From Phycisphaeraceae bacterium (lineage in GTDB: Bacteria; Planctomycetota; Phycisphaerae; Phycisphaerales; Phycisphaeraceae), in contig OY771506.1 of assembly GCA_963674705.1 (NCBI GenBank), forward strand, positions 3,904,001-3,968,000: a DNA stretch of 64,000 nt. Direction: 5' to 3'. Each line of letters begins with the position of its first letter. Position 1 is the stretch's first letter. This document shows, piece by piece, positions 1 to 9,841 of this stretch. Both the position numbers and the translations under genes were made by a program. The notes under the pieces are model-generated. The model had not been told where the DNA came from. It saw only the letters and a list, made by a program, of their open reading frames with translations, and ran no database searches.

Positions 1-3000
1 GGGCCGTCCTCAAGGATGGGGATGGCCGCGTCGTTACCGGCCCCGAGCGCTCGGCGAAGCAGGTGATCCACCGGCTGGCCGGATGCTGGCGCTATTGGGG
101 CGAGACCCATGGTTATTTTGATACCGAAGAAGATGCTCAGGCGTTCTACGACGAAATGAGCCACATGCTTCTTCACCAGATGGCGGCGCCGAACAGCCCG
201 CAATGGTTCAACACCGGGCTGAATTGGGCGTACGGGATCAACGGTCCGGCACAGGGCCACTACTACACCGATCCCACAACAGGCGTGACGCGGCCGTCGG
301 AAGATGCCTACACGCACCCACAGCCGCACGCCTGTTTTATTCAATCAGTTCAGGACGACCTTGTCAGCCCCGGCGGGATCATGGACTTGTGGGTCCGCGA
401 GGCGCGCCTGTTTAAGTACGGCTCGGGGACCGGAACTAACTTCTCCAAGCTCCGAGGAGAGTGCGAACCGCTATCTGGCGGGGGAAAGAGTTCCGGTCTC
501 ATGAGCTGGCTCAAGATCGGGGACCGTGCCGCCGGCGCCATCAAATCCGGCGGCACGACCCGCCGGGCTGCCAAGATGGTCTGTCTGGACCTGGATCACC
601 CGGACGTCGAAGAGTTCGTCAGTTGGAAGGTGCGTGAAGAGATCAAGGTTGCCGCCCTGGTCGAAGGCATGAAGCATCTGCCCGATGAGCAGAAGGCCGC
701 CGCGCAAGACCTGGGTCTGAAACTCGATTACGACTTCAACGGCGAAGCCTACTACACCGTCAGCGGGCAGAACTCGAACAACTCCGTCCGCATCCCCAAC
801 AGCTTCTTCAACGCATTGGACGCCGACGGTCAGTGGGACCTGACCTGCCGAACCAGCGGCGACGTCGCCAAGAGCATCAACGCCCGCACCCTGTGGGACA
901 AGATCGGTTACGCGGCGTGGCGCTGTGCCGACCCGGGCGTGCAGTACGACACAACCATCAACGAATGGCACACCTGCCCCGACTCCGGCCGGATCAACGC
1001 GTCCAACCCGTGCAGCGAATACATGTTCCTGGACAACACGGCCTGCAACCTAGCGTCGCTGAATATGCTCAAGTTCTACGACGCCCGCCGCAGGACGTTT
1101 GACTGGGCCGGCTTCGAGCACGCTGTGAACATCTGGACCATCGTGCTGGAAATCAGCGTGCTGATGGCGCAGTTCCCCTCGAAGGAGATCGCGGAACTCA
1201 GCTACCAGTTCCGCACGCTGGGTCTGGGCTTTGCCAACCTTGGCGCGATGCTGATGCAGGCGGGTATCCCGTACGACTCGGACCGCGGCCGTGCGATCTG
1301 CGGCACGCTCAGCGCCATCATGACCGGTCGCAGCTACACGACCAGCGCCGAGATGGCCGAGCAGCTTGGTGCCTTCCCCGGCTTCCAGAAGAACCGCAAG
1401 CACATGCTCCGCGTGATCCGCAACCACCGCCGTGCTGCCTACGGCGTGCCGCGAGACCTGGAACTGACCGACAACACCGACCTCGGTGATTACGAAAGCC
1501 TGGCCATCAAGCCCGTGCCGATCAACGCCAATGCCATCGAGTCCGGCGAACCGCATATCGGCCACCTCGCCAACGGTACGGAACTGATCGACCGCGCACG
1601 CATCGTCTGGGACAGCGCCCTGAAACTCGGAAACGAGCACGGCTTCCGCAACGCTCAGACAACAGTCATCGCGCCCACCGGTACGATCGGCCTGCTCATG
1701 GATTGCGACACGACCGGCGTCGAGCCCGACTTCGCCTTGGTCAAGTTCAAGAAGCTTGCCGGCGGCGGGTACTTCAAGATCGCCAACCAGTCGCTCAAAC
1801 CCGCACTCGAATCGCTCGGGTACGACAAGGACCAGGTCCGCGACATTATCGTCTACGTCATGGGTGCATTAACGCTCGACGTCCCCGATGCCGAACGCAG
1901 GAAGGGCACGTAACTTCCAAGAGCAAGAGCTTCGCCAAGTTCCTCAAGGGTAAGGGCTTGCTCGAAGAAGACCTGCAGAAGATCGTCGATGCACTGCCGA
2001 CCGTGTTCGAATTATCGCACGCGTTCAACGCCTGGACACTCGGCGCCGAAGCCATCGAACGCCTGGACATGACCGAAGAAGCAAACGAGCCCGGTTTCGA
2101 CCTGCTCAAGGCACTCGGCCTGAACAAGCAACAGGTCACCGCGCTCAACGCAGTCATCTGCGGCACGCAGACAGTCGAGGACGCTCCGCACCTTAAGGAC
2201 GAGCACCTGCCCGTCTTCGATTGTGCCAGCACCTGCGGCCCGAACGGCGAACGCTACATTGCACCGCAAGGCCACATCAAGATGATGTCTGCCGCTCAGC
2301 CGTTCATCTCCGGCGCGATCAGCAAGACCATCAACATGCCCAACAGCGCAAGCGAACAGGGACATCAAGGACGCTTACCGCCAGAGTTGGGAACTTGGCC
2401 TCAAGGCCAATGCCCTGTACCGAGACGGCTGCAAGCTCAGCCAAGTCCTCTCGAACAAGGCCGATGAAGATGACGGTGTCGAAGATGAAGAAGCTATCGA
2501 AGCCGCCCAGGAAGAAGTCGCCGAAGAAGTCGCCGCAGTCGCAGACGAAGTTTCGGCTGAGCCCGCTTCAGCGGGCGGCTCCTCTGCCCAAGACCGCAAA
2601 CCCATCGAGAAGATCGTCGAGCGCATCGTCGAACGCCCCCCTGCGTCGCCGCCTGCCCGACACACGAATGGGTAAGACACACAAGTTCAATGTCGCCGGC
2701 CACGAGGGCTACCTCACCGTCGGCCTCTACGAAGACGGCACTCCGGGCGAGTTGTTCATCACCATGGCCAAGGAAGGTTCGACCATCGGTGGCCTGATGG
2801 ACTCACTCGGTACCGCGATCAGCGTCGCCCTGCAATACGGCGTGCCGGTCGAATCGCTGGTCAATAAGTTCACACATCAGCGTTTCGAGCCCGCCGGTAT
2901 CACGCACAAACCCCGAGATCCCGTTTGCCAAGAGCCTGGTTGACTACATCTTCCGTTGGCTGGGTATGGAATTCGTCCCGGGTTACCGTGCCGCCAACGC

Positions 3001-3327
3001 CCCGGCCCGCAGCAAGCCGCAGACGGAGACCAAGCAATCCGAACCAGCGCCGGCCGACTCCGGCAACGGTAATGGCAACGGTAGCCGCACCACCAAGCCG
3101 GTCGTGCAAACCAAGCCCGCGCCGATTGGGCGCAACCGAACCGGTTGTCGTTGGCAATGCTGTTCTGGCCCAGAGCAGCATGGATATGCAACGATCGGCT
3201 CTGACCACCGCCATGAGTCAGATGCAGGCCGACGCCCCGGCGTGCGACGCGTGCGGCACCATCACCGTCCGCAACGGCACCTGCTACAAGTGCCTCAACT
3301 GTGGCGCTTCAATGGGTTGCCAGCTAA
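1..3327 (+). CDS. nrdJ: Class II (adenosylcobalamin-dependent) ribonucleotide reductase with C-terminal TSCPD and Zn-ribbon domains; 5'-partial, apparent frameshifts
   Basis: Motifs [79 protein letters not shown] and CYKCLNCG. The frame is open to the window edge. The pieces join into one protein after removing single bases at about 1885, 1900, 2360, 2640, 2909, 3129 and 3321, giving the end MGCS* at 3327. Confidence 0.93.
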
Positions 3328-3423
3328 GTAGTGGCTAGTGACTGGACAAATTGAACATACAACATTGAACATCATTAACACGGAGACCTGACGACAACCT
3401 TAATCCCAACACCGCCCGTACCA

Positions 3424-3549
3424 GGAAGGAAGGGGCCAATGTGGTACGCCGAGCATCCATCTCAATGATGCAAGGCGAAACGGACTGAATTCGGCCGTCG
3501 TAGGATGCGAACCCGCATTGCGGCATGGCCGACCACGACTCTTCCTTCT
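3424..3549 (+). ncRNA. Candidate rod-shaped structured RNA (6S-like geometry, unconfirmed)
   Basis: Nested complementary blocks GGAAGGAAGGG/CTCTTCCTTCT, GTGGT/ACCAC, GCCG/CGGC, GCATCC/GGATGC and GCGA..CGG/CCG.TCGT, followed by a terminator. Confidence 0.3.
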
Positions 3550-3556
3550 CCCTCCT

Positions 3557-3595
3557 CCCCCTCGAGCCCCCCACCACTCGAGGGGGATCTTTTTG
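3557..3595 (+). terminator. Intrinsic terminator
   Basis: CCCCCTCGAG-N10-CTCGAGGGGG stem followed by ATCTTTTT. Confidence 0.65.
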
Positions 3596-3701
3596 CGCCC
3601 CTATAGCCCGACCATCCTGGTCGGGTTGTCTTTGTTTGCGGATTCGATGCGTGTATCCAAAACCAATTGCATTATTACAACGATTCGCATCATTTATGAC
3701 C

Positions 3702-3776
3702 GTCATACCCGCGCACGCGGGTATCCACGCGCTCAATGAATCCCTGTACGTGGATGCCCGCCTTCGCGGGGATGAC
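3702..3776. repeat. Paired palindromic miniature repeat (GTCAT.CCCGC...GCGGG.ATGAC type)
   Basis: GTCATACCCGCGCACGCGGGTATCCACG and the inverted copy CGTGGATGCCCGCCTTCGCGGGGATGAC. Confidence 0.75.
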
Positions 3777-4002
3777 ACAGAAATGGGAGGGGATTAACGA
3801 TACCTACCACTTCACCATGAATCCCACACTGCCACGCAAGGCTGCCGCCATCACGCCATCATTGGAATTGCTCTACGTTAACCCAAAGCTACACTATATT
3901 TATGCACTTATGCGGGCAGGTTAATCACCCGATAATACCATTACTCGTTAGAATACACGCAATAGCCGTTGGTTTAATTGTTACTGATCCGGTGATGAGT
4001 TC

Positions 4003-5001
4003 ATGCCGAACGTCAGAGAGATCGCCAAGCAGGCCGGGGTTTCCATCGCGACCGTTTCGCGCGTGCTCAATAATCATCCGTCCGTAAGCGACGCCGTCAG
4101 AGAGCGCGTCCTCGCTGCCGCCAACAGCAAGCGATACGTGCCCACGGTCGGCAAACGTGAGACGCTGAACATCGCTTACGTCTTCACCGGTGATACCTCC
4201 ATCGGTTCACCGTTCGACGCGGCCGTGCTCGAAGGCGTCTACGTCGGGCTGACCGACACTAACCTCAACCTCATCATCATCGACCTGCGTCGCTCGCGCA
4301 GAAGCGGTGAGACCTATTCCCAGATGTTCCAGCGTCTGGGGGTTCGCGGTGCGTTATTACGAACAACCAGCGGTAGCCGAAATATCTGCGAGAAGATCGC
4401 CGAACAAGGATTCCCCGCAGTCGTGATTGGCGACCGCTTCGAGAATCCCAACGTCATCAGTGTTTACTGCGAATCACGCGAAGCCAGCCGGGAGGCTGTC
4501 AGTCACCTGATCGGCCTGGGGCATCGGCGTATCGCCATCTGCGTCAACGTCGTGGAAGACTCCGACCACACCGAACGTCTGATGGGCTACCAGCAAGCCA
4601 TGCACGACTACGGCCTGGAAGTTGATGAAAAGCTCATTATGCGTATCCCCGCCTACGGCCCCGGTGGCGGGCAGGTGATCCGTCGACTCGCGACAACCAT
4701 GGACAGGCCGACTGCGATCTATATCACCGACCCCGTCACCGCGATCGGCGCGATGAACGAAACGAAAAAGCTGGGCATCAACGTACCGCAGGAGCTTTCG
4801 ATCGTGGGGTTTGATGATGCGGAGATGCGTTACATGGCCTGGCCGACCATGACCGCGGTCTGTCAGAACGCCTACGAGCTTGGCCACGAAGCGTGCAAAT
4901 CACTGTGCCGCCTGCTTGACGGTGATCAGGACCCGAACACCGCCAAACCAGCCGCCTGGTTTGAGGTTCACGATTCCACCGGGCACATCAACGATATGTA
5001 G
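4003..5001 (+). CDS. LacI-family transcriptional regulator
   Basis: N-terminal VREIAKQAGVSIATVSRVLN HTH; sugar-binding domain with GHRRIA and VPQELSIVGFDD. Confidence 0.95.
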   Translation: MPNVREIAKQAGVSIATVSRVLNNHPSVSDAVRERVLAAANSKRYVPTVGKRETLNIAYVFTGDTSIGSPFDAAVLEGVYVGLTDTNLNLIIIDLRRSRRSGETYSQMFQRLGVRGALLRTTSGSRNICEKIAEQGFPAVVIGDRFENPNVISVYCESREASREAVSHLIGLGHRRIAICVNVVEDSDHTERLMGYQQAMHDYGLEVDEKLIMRIPAYGPGGGQVIRRLATTMDRPTAIYITDPVTAIGAMNETKKLGINVPQELSIVGFDDAEMRYMAWPTMTAVCQNAYELGHEACKSLCRLLDGDQDPNTAKPAAWFEVHDSTGHINDM

Positions 5002-5018
5002 CGAACAGTCGCTAACAT

Positions 5019-7331
5019 GTGTCTATGTCCGATCGGTTACGAGACAAGCAAAACACGATCCCACGGACGCAGCCGACGCTGAACGATCGGCTGATCGAGT
5101 TGTCAGCCTTGCTGTTGCTGATCCCGGTGCTGCTGCCTTTGCTGGTGGTGTTTTCCCCCTCGCTCTATCTGGAATCGGATCCGAGGCAAACCGCGGAAGT
5201 GGCGAACATCACGATCAGCTTCGGCCCGACCGGGTCCATGTGGCTGGCGTCGGCATCCTTGCTGATATCCGCATTTATCCTGTGGGTGACGGTCAAAGCG
5301 GGGGGGCGCTTGCGTGTGTTTTCATGCGTGCTTGTTGCAGCGGGGATCGTGCCGTGCCTCTTGCATCTGAGTGAGCACTTTAACAGCATGCTGCACGGTA
5401 GCGCATGGATCGCCGCCGCTTCACTGGGCCTGGCTGCTCTGCACATAGCACAATTCGACCGGGCCAAACGCATTATTGTTACCGCGTTGATTGCGATCAG
5501 TTTCCCCTTGTTCTTGCAGGCTGCCTGGTATGTCTATGTCGAGCATCCTCAAACAATCGAATCCTTCCGCGCAAACCTGGATGAGAACCTGATCCGCCGT
5601 GGATTATCGCCCGGTTCACCCGAGGCGGCGAAGTACATGACACGTCTGGAAGGTAATGATGTCATCGGCGCGATCGGGATGTCCAACGTCTACGGCTCAC
5701 TCGTCGCAGCCATCACAATGATCACATTGATCTCACTCGTCGGTGCTTGGCGTAAGCATACGGCCAAAGGTCGACTTGTTGGCATAGCTGTTCTGTTGCT
5801 GTTGAGCCTGTGGACACTGAAGCTGACCCAATCCAAGGGGGCTGTGCTGGCACTGGTTGCGGCGGTGGGATTGGCGATCTTCACGCTTGGTGTAGTGAGG
5901 TTCAAACTCAAACCACGCGTACTTTTGCCGATTGCCTGCATCGCATTGGTACTGGCGGGCAGCGCGGCTGTTATCGTCCGAGGATCACTCGGGCCGCCCA
6001 AAGATGCGACCGGCGAACGCAGCCTATTGTTCCGTTATCACTATTGGCAAGGTGCGGTACGCATACTCGCCGAGCAGCCTTCACGCATCCTGCTCGGCGC
6101 GGGACCCGGTGAATTCAAGAGCCTTTACGACTCGGTCCGCAACCCGATCAGCCCGGAAGTTGTATCCAGTACGCACAACGTGTTCGTCGATTACACCGTG
6201 ATGCTTGGTCTGGGCGGGCTGTTGTGGGGAGTATTGCTGCTCGTTTGGCTCTGGCAGACAGGTGTATCTCTGAGCAATCAATCGTCTGAGTCAGTTCAGA
6301 CCGAGCGAGGTCCACCCGCGTTTAAGCCGATCGTCCTGTATGGTGTACTTGCTGCTATCGTGTTCCTGACACAATACGCTGTCCAGTTCCCCGGCTTGTA
6401 TGCCGAGACCGCGATCCTCTGGCTGATCGGCGTGATCGGCTTCGTCGCCTTGTCCGTCTATGTCATACTGCCGGCAATTGATAAGGGCGACCGCTGCATC
6501 AACGCGGGGACTGTGTTCGCGGCCGTTTTGTTATTGCTCCACGCACAGATCGAAATGACCTTCTTCTGGGATAGCGCATCCGCTTTCGTCTGGATCATCA
6601 TCGCCCTGGCGGCAGGTAACGCAGAGTCATCTAGGCCGGTGTCGGATAGACCCAAGTGGATCAGGTATATACCGGCCGGCTGCGTGTTAGTGCTATGTTT
6701 CATCTTCACCATCGCCTTCACCTCGCCTACTGCCAGACAGCAACAGCACCTGCGTCAGGCAAGCGAAGCATTGATACAGGCTCAGAATCCGATGGTGGCG
6801 ATCCAGGAACTCGACCAGGCAGCGGCCATCATCCCCAATGACCCGACCACCACGCGCTGGCGCATCTCATTGAGGCAGGATATGGCCTACGCCTACGCTC
6901 AATCTTTCGCCGATCAATCGCTGCAGATTCAAGCGATCCTCGCACAGGCACTGCAGATCAACCTCAACGCTCAGCAAGCGGGACTCTCGCAACTGACCTG
7001 CGCACGCCAGCGAGGCCAACTCTCGATCGGCGCCTACCAGATCACAAGCGATGAAACCTGGTTGATCGAGGCCGAGAAAGCATTCAAGCTCGCCGCCCAA
7101 CTCAGTCCCAACGGCTTAAACGACCATCTCCGCCTCGCCGACACCCAATGGCAACTCGGTGACACTGAATCCGCCAGGCAGAGCTACAAGCGTGCATTAG
7201 CGATCAGCGATAACTACTACCTCGACCCCGACACGCAACTGACCAACGAAGAGCACGATCGGATCACAGGGCGCATCGCCGATACTGCTGCATCACATCC
7301 AACAACCACACCGATTAATTCTGCACCGTAA
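5019..7331 (+). CDS. O-antigen ligase (Wzy_C)-like polytopic membrane protein with C-terminal TPR region
   Basis: Many TM helices; motifs TQSKGA, R..YW, GAGPGEF and STHN; helical TPR-like C-terminus. Confidence 0.8.
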   Translation: MSMSDRLRDKQNTIPRTQPTLNDRLIELSALLLLIPVLLPLLVVFSPSLYLESDPRQTAEVANITISFGPTGSMWLASASLLISAFILWVTVKAGGRLRVFSCVLVAAGIVPCLLHLSEHFNSMLHGSAWIAAASLGLAALHIAQFDRAKRIIVTALIAISFPLFLQAAWYVYVEHPQTIESFRANLDENLIRRGLSPGSPEAAKYMTRLEGNDVIGAIGMSNVYGSLVAAITMITLISLVGAWRKHTAKGRLVGIAVLLLLSLWTLKLTQSKGAVLALVAAVGLAIFTLGVVRFKLKPRVLLPIACIALVLAGSAAVIVRGSLGPPKDATGERSLLFRYHYWQGAVRILAEQPSRILLGAGPGEFKSLYDSVRNPISPEVVSSTHNVFVDYTVMLGLGGLLWGVLLLVWLWQTGVSLSNQSSESVQTERGPPAFKPIVLYGVLAAIVFLTQYAVQFPGLYAETAILWLIGVIGFVALSVYVILPAIDKGDRCINAGTVFAAVLLLLHAQIEMTFFWDSASAFVWIIIALAAGNAESSRPVSDRPKWIRYIPAGCVLVLCFIFTIAFTSPTARQQQHLRQASEALIQAQNPMVAIQELDQAAAIIPNDPTTTRWRISLRQDMAYAYAQSFADQSLQIQAILAQALQINLNAQQAGLSQLTCARQRGQLSIGAYQITSDETWLIEAEKAFKLAAQLSPNGLNDHLRLADTQWQLGDTESARQSYKRALAISDNYYLDPDTQLTNEEHDRITGRIADTAASHPTTTPINSAP

Positions 7332-8214
7332 CGACGAGAGCCGGAGCATGAATGTCGGATAAAATGAACGCTCGGATTCTTTCTGCTTCCTCAAGCGACT
7401 GAGGCACTATGAATATGGAAGAACCTGAGCCTGAGACATGCACGGGCATCTCCAGACGCCTCTGATAAACGTCAAGTAATTCCCGCAGCAAGGGCGCTAC
7501 CTTGAATGCTGGTTCCGCCAGGTCGTTGAACGGCGCGTCCGCAACGAACATCTTTTGCTTTGCCAGGTTCCAAACACGTTGCGTGTCGACTTCTGCTGAA
7601 GGTTGCAGCTTATCGAAACAGTGGTAAACCTCAGCGGTAGAACACTTCACGGGCAGCGTACACAACACCAGATAGATCGGTTGCGGCAACGGCGCAGGCT
7701 CGATCATCTCACCAAACCCGCTTACGACCGCAGAGTTTGTGCCCAGTTGGGCCATGACCTGGAAGCCTACATCGCTGCCCAGTTGCATGGCCAGATCGGT
7801 CAGTGTGGCTTGATCGAGACCAAGTGAGAACAAGCGGTTCAATCCGACGAGTATTGCTGCTGAATCACTGGAACCACCACCTAATCCCGCATAGGCCGGT
7901 ATGCGCTTCTCCAGCAGCATCTCAATCGGGAGCGTTCGCCCAACATGCTGCTGCATCAATGTGTGAGCGCGATATGCAAGGTCCTTTTCCAACGGCCAGT
8001 CGATCGCGATGGATGCAGGCGCATCCTTAGCTTCACGGATCGTAAAGGAGGAAGATTCACCATCCGCTTTGCTCAGCGTCATCGTGTCACCGAAGTCGGT
8101 TGCGACCATCCAACTGCACAGCGGGTGCAACCCGGACTGCGGATCGGGCGAACCAACAGACAGCGCCAGGTTGACCTTGGCGGGGCAGAATAGGTTGAGT
8201 GTGTCGTCGGGCAT
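7315..8214 (-). CDS. ispE: 4-diphosphocytidyl-2-C-methyl-D-erythritol kinase
   Basis: PAKVNLAL, KRIPAYAGLGGGSSD, LGSDV, NDLA and SGSGS. Start placed at ATG 8214 (MPDD). Confidence 0.93.
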   Translation of the reverse strand: MPDDTLNLFCPAKVNLALSVGSPDPQSGLHPLCSWMVATDFGDTMTLSKADGESSSFTIREAKDAPASIAIDWPLEKDLAYRAHTLMQQHVGRTLPIEMLLEKRIPAYAGLGGGSSDSAAILVGLNRLFSLGLDQATLTDLAMQLGSDVGFQVMAQLGTNSAVVSGFGEMIEPAPLPQPIYLVLCTLPVKCSTAEVYHCFDKLQPSAEVDTQRVWNLAKQKMFVADAPFNDLAEPAFKVAPLLRELLDVYQRRLEMPVHVSGSGSSIFIVPQSLEEAERIRAFILSDIHAPALVVTVQN

Positions 8215-8224
8215 ACGGGTTAGT

Positions 8225-8893
8225 TTACCCGTCGTTGCTCGCGATGGCTGTGGTTTCCGGTGCGCCGGGGCCGACCTCACCGAGCATGATGCGCCCGTGC
8301 AGGTGAGACCAGAAGCGTTCGGCCTTGCGGCGGTCGCCCATCTTCACCGACCACGCGTCGATGATCTTCGCCACGATCGGCGGTAAGCCCGGCACACTAT
8401 CACGCTTGCCGACGCTTGCCAGCCAGAACATGAGGCGATATTGCTCGGGCTCATCGGCCGCTGCGTGTGCGTAGAGTGCCGCGGAGCGTTCGGCCGAGAC
8501 CTCGGCGACCTGCGCCACCGGCTCGAAGCGTGCCTGTGTCACCGCGTCCAGCAGCGAGCGTTTGTCTTCGAAGTACCGGTAGATCGAACCGACCGCGCAG
8601 TTAAGCTGCTTGGCGATTCGGCGGATGGTCGTGCCGTCGTAGCCATCCTCCGCCAGGCAGATTGCTGTGGCGTGCAGGATCTGTGCCCGGCTGAGCTGGG
8701 TCTGCGGGGCCTTGGCGGGCTTGGGCACGAGCCGACGTGTCGTGATATCCACCGCTGACGATGCGGCATCGACCGCGCGGTCGAACTTCGGGCCGATATC
8801 ATCGCTTGCGGTGGTTGTGGGTATATTGCCCGGCGCGGGGGCCACGGGCGTATGGGACGGGGACAGGGTTGTTCCATCAACATTTGTGTTCAA
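8225..8893 (-). CDS. TetR/AcrR-family regulator
   Basis: GYDGTTIRRIAKQLNCAVGSIYRYFEDK HTH; AAGGAGG RBS before a TTG start. Confidence 0.88.
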   Translation of the reverse strand: MNTNVDGTTLSPSHTPVAPAPGNIPTTTASDDIGPKFDRAVDAASSAVDITTRRLVPKPAKAPQTQLSRAQILHATAICLAEDGYDGTTIRRIAKQLNCAVGSIYRYFEDKRSLLDAVTQARFEPVAQVAEVSAERSAALYAHAAADEPEQYRLMFWLASVGKRDSVPGLPPIVAKIIDAWSVKMGDRRKAERFWSHLHGRIMLGEVGPGAPETTAIASNDG

Positions 8894-8961
8894 GGTTCAC
8901 CTCCTTGTGAACAGGTGTAGTGTGGGCAATGATCGCCGAGGTGTCAAGAGCAAGGTTCACC
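8891..8961. promoter_or_regulatory. Putative TetR operator sites in the divergent tetR/pcm intergenic region
   Basis: Direct repeat CAAGGTTCACC at 8891-8901 and 8951-8961; palindrome GTTCAC-N6-GTGAAC at 8895-8912 over the RBS; TTGACA on the minus strand at 8942-8947. Confidence 0.45.
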
Positions 8962-9014
8962 ATCGGACCCCCAGAGGTGGTTATCATGTATAGATCAAGC
9001 CAGAAAAGGGGGTT

Positions 9015-9671
9015 GTGGCGATGGCTGATGTGAAGGCCGCTGTTGAACAAATGGTGCAAAACCAGCTCGAAGCCCGCGGCATCCGCAGCACCGCCGTGCT
9101 GAACGCCATGCGAAGCGTGCCTAGGCACCTGTTTGTCCCGGATGTCTCCATCCGCAAGGCCTACGGCGACCACGCCCTGCCCACCACCGCCGGGCAGACC
9201 ATCAGCCAACCCTATATCGTGGCCCTGATGAGCGAGTTGCTGGATGTCCAGCCGGGTATGAAGGTGCTGGAGATCGGCACGGGCAGCGGCTACCAGACGG
9301 CGATCCTTGTCAGCATGGGTGCCACCGTCATCACGATCGAACGCTACCCCGAGTTGATGGACCACGCCAAGGCCATTCTGGCGGAGGTCTGCCCCGCAGC
9401 GCCGATCCGTATGCTGTTGGCTGATGGCACGCTGGGGTATCCAGCCGACGCCCCATACGACCGCATCCTCGTCACCGCCGCGGCGCCCCACGTGCCCGCA
9501 GCCTACAAGGACCAGCTCGCAGACCTCGGCAGGATCGTGATACCGCTGGGCGATCGATACACCCAGATGCTGACGGTGATCGAACGCAGGCAAGGCATGT
9601 TGCTGGAGACGGATAGCGTGCCTTGCCGATTCGTGCCGTTGGTGGGTGAGGATGGGTGGGGGCTGGATTGA
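9015..9671 (+). CDS. pcm: Protein-L-isoaspartate O-methyltransferase
   Basis: VPRHLFV, GQTISQPY, VLEIGTGSGYQTA, APYDRILVTAA and FVPLVG. Confidence 0.96.
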   Translation: MAMADVKAAVEQMVQNQLEARGIRSTAVLNAMRSVPRHLFVPDVSIRKAYGDHALPTTAGQTISQPYIVALMSELLDVQPGMKVLEIGTGSGYQTAILVSMGATVITIERYPELMDHAKAILAEVCPAAPIRMLLADGTLGYPADAPYDRILVTAAAPHVPAAYKDQLADLGRIVIPLGDRYTQMLTVIERRQGMLLETDSVPCRFVPLVGEDGWGLD

Positions 9672-9693
9672 TGTGTGATTTGATCAAAGACAA

Positions 9694-9785
9694 TTAGCCA
9701 CAGATGAACACAGATTCGGATTGAATCAAAAGGCATGAACTTATCAGTTTCTTATCTGTGTTCATCAGAGTTCATCTGTGGCTAA
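9694..9785. repeat. Inverted repeat built of 10-bp CACAGATGAA units
   Basis: TTAGCCACAGATGAACACAGAT ... ATCTGTGTTCATCAGAGTTCATCTGTGGCTAA. Confidence 0.8.
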
Positions 9786-9841
9786 ATATCAAAAAACGCG
9801 CAGGTTGATTCCTAAGCCAAGGCGCGGGAGAGTACGCCACC

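Noticed and set aside
1880..3327. Programmed frameshifting or an nrdJa/nrdJb split
   Set aside because: Seven same-sign insertions in short homopolymers without slippery heptamers; best explained as sequencing error.
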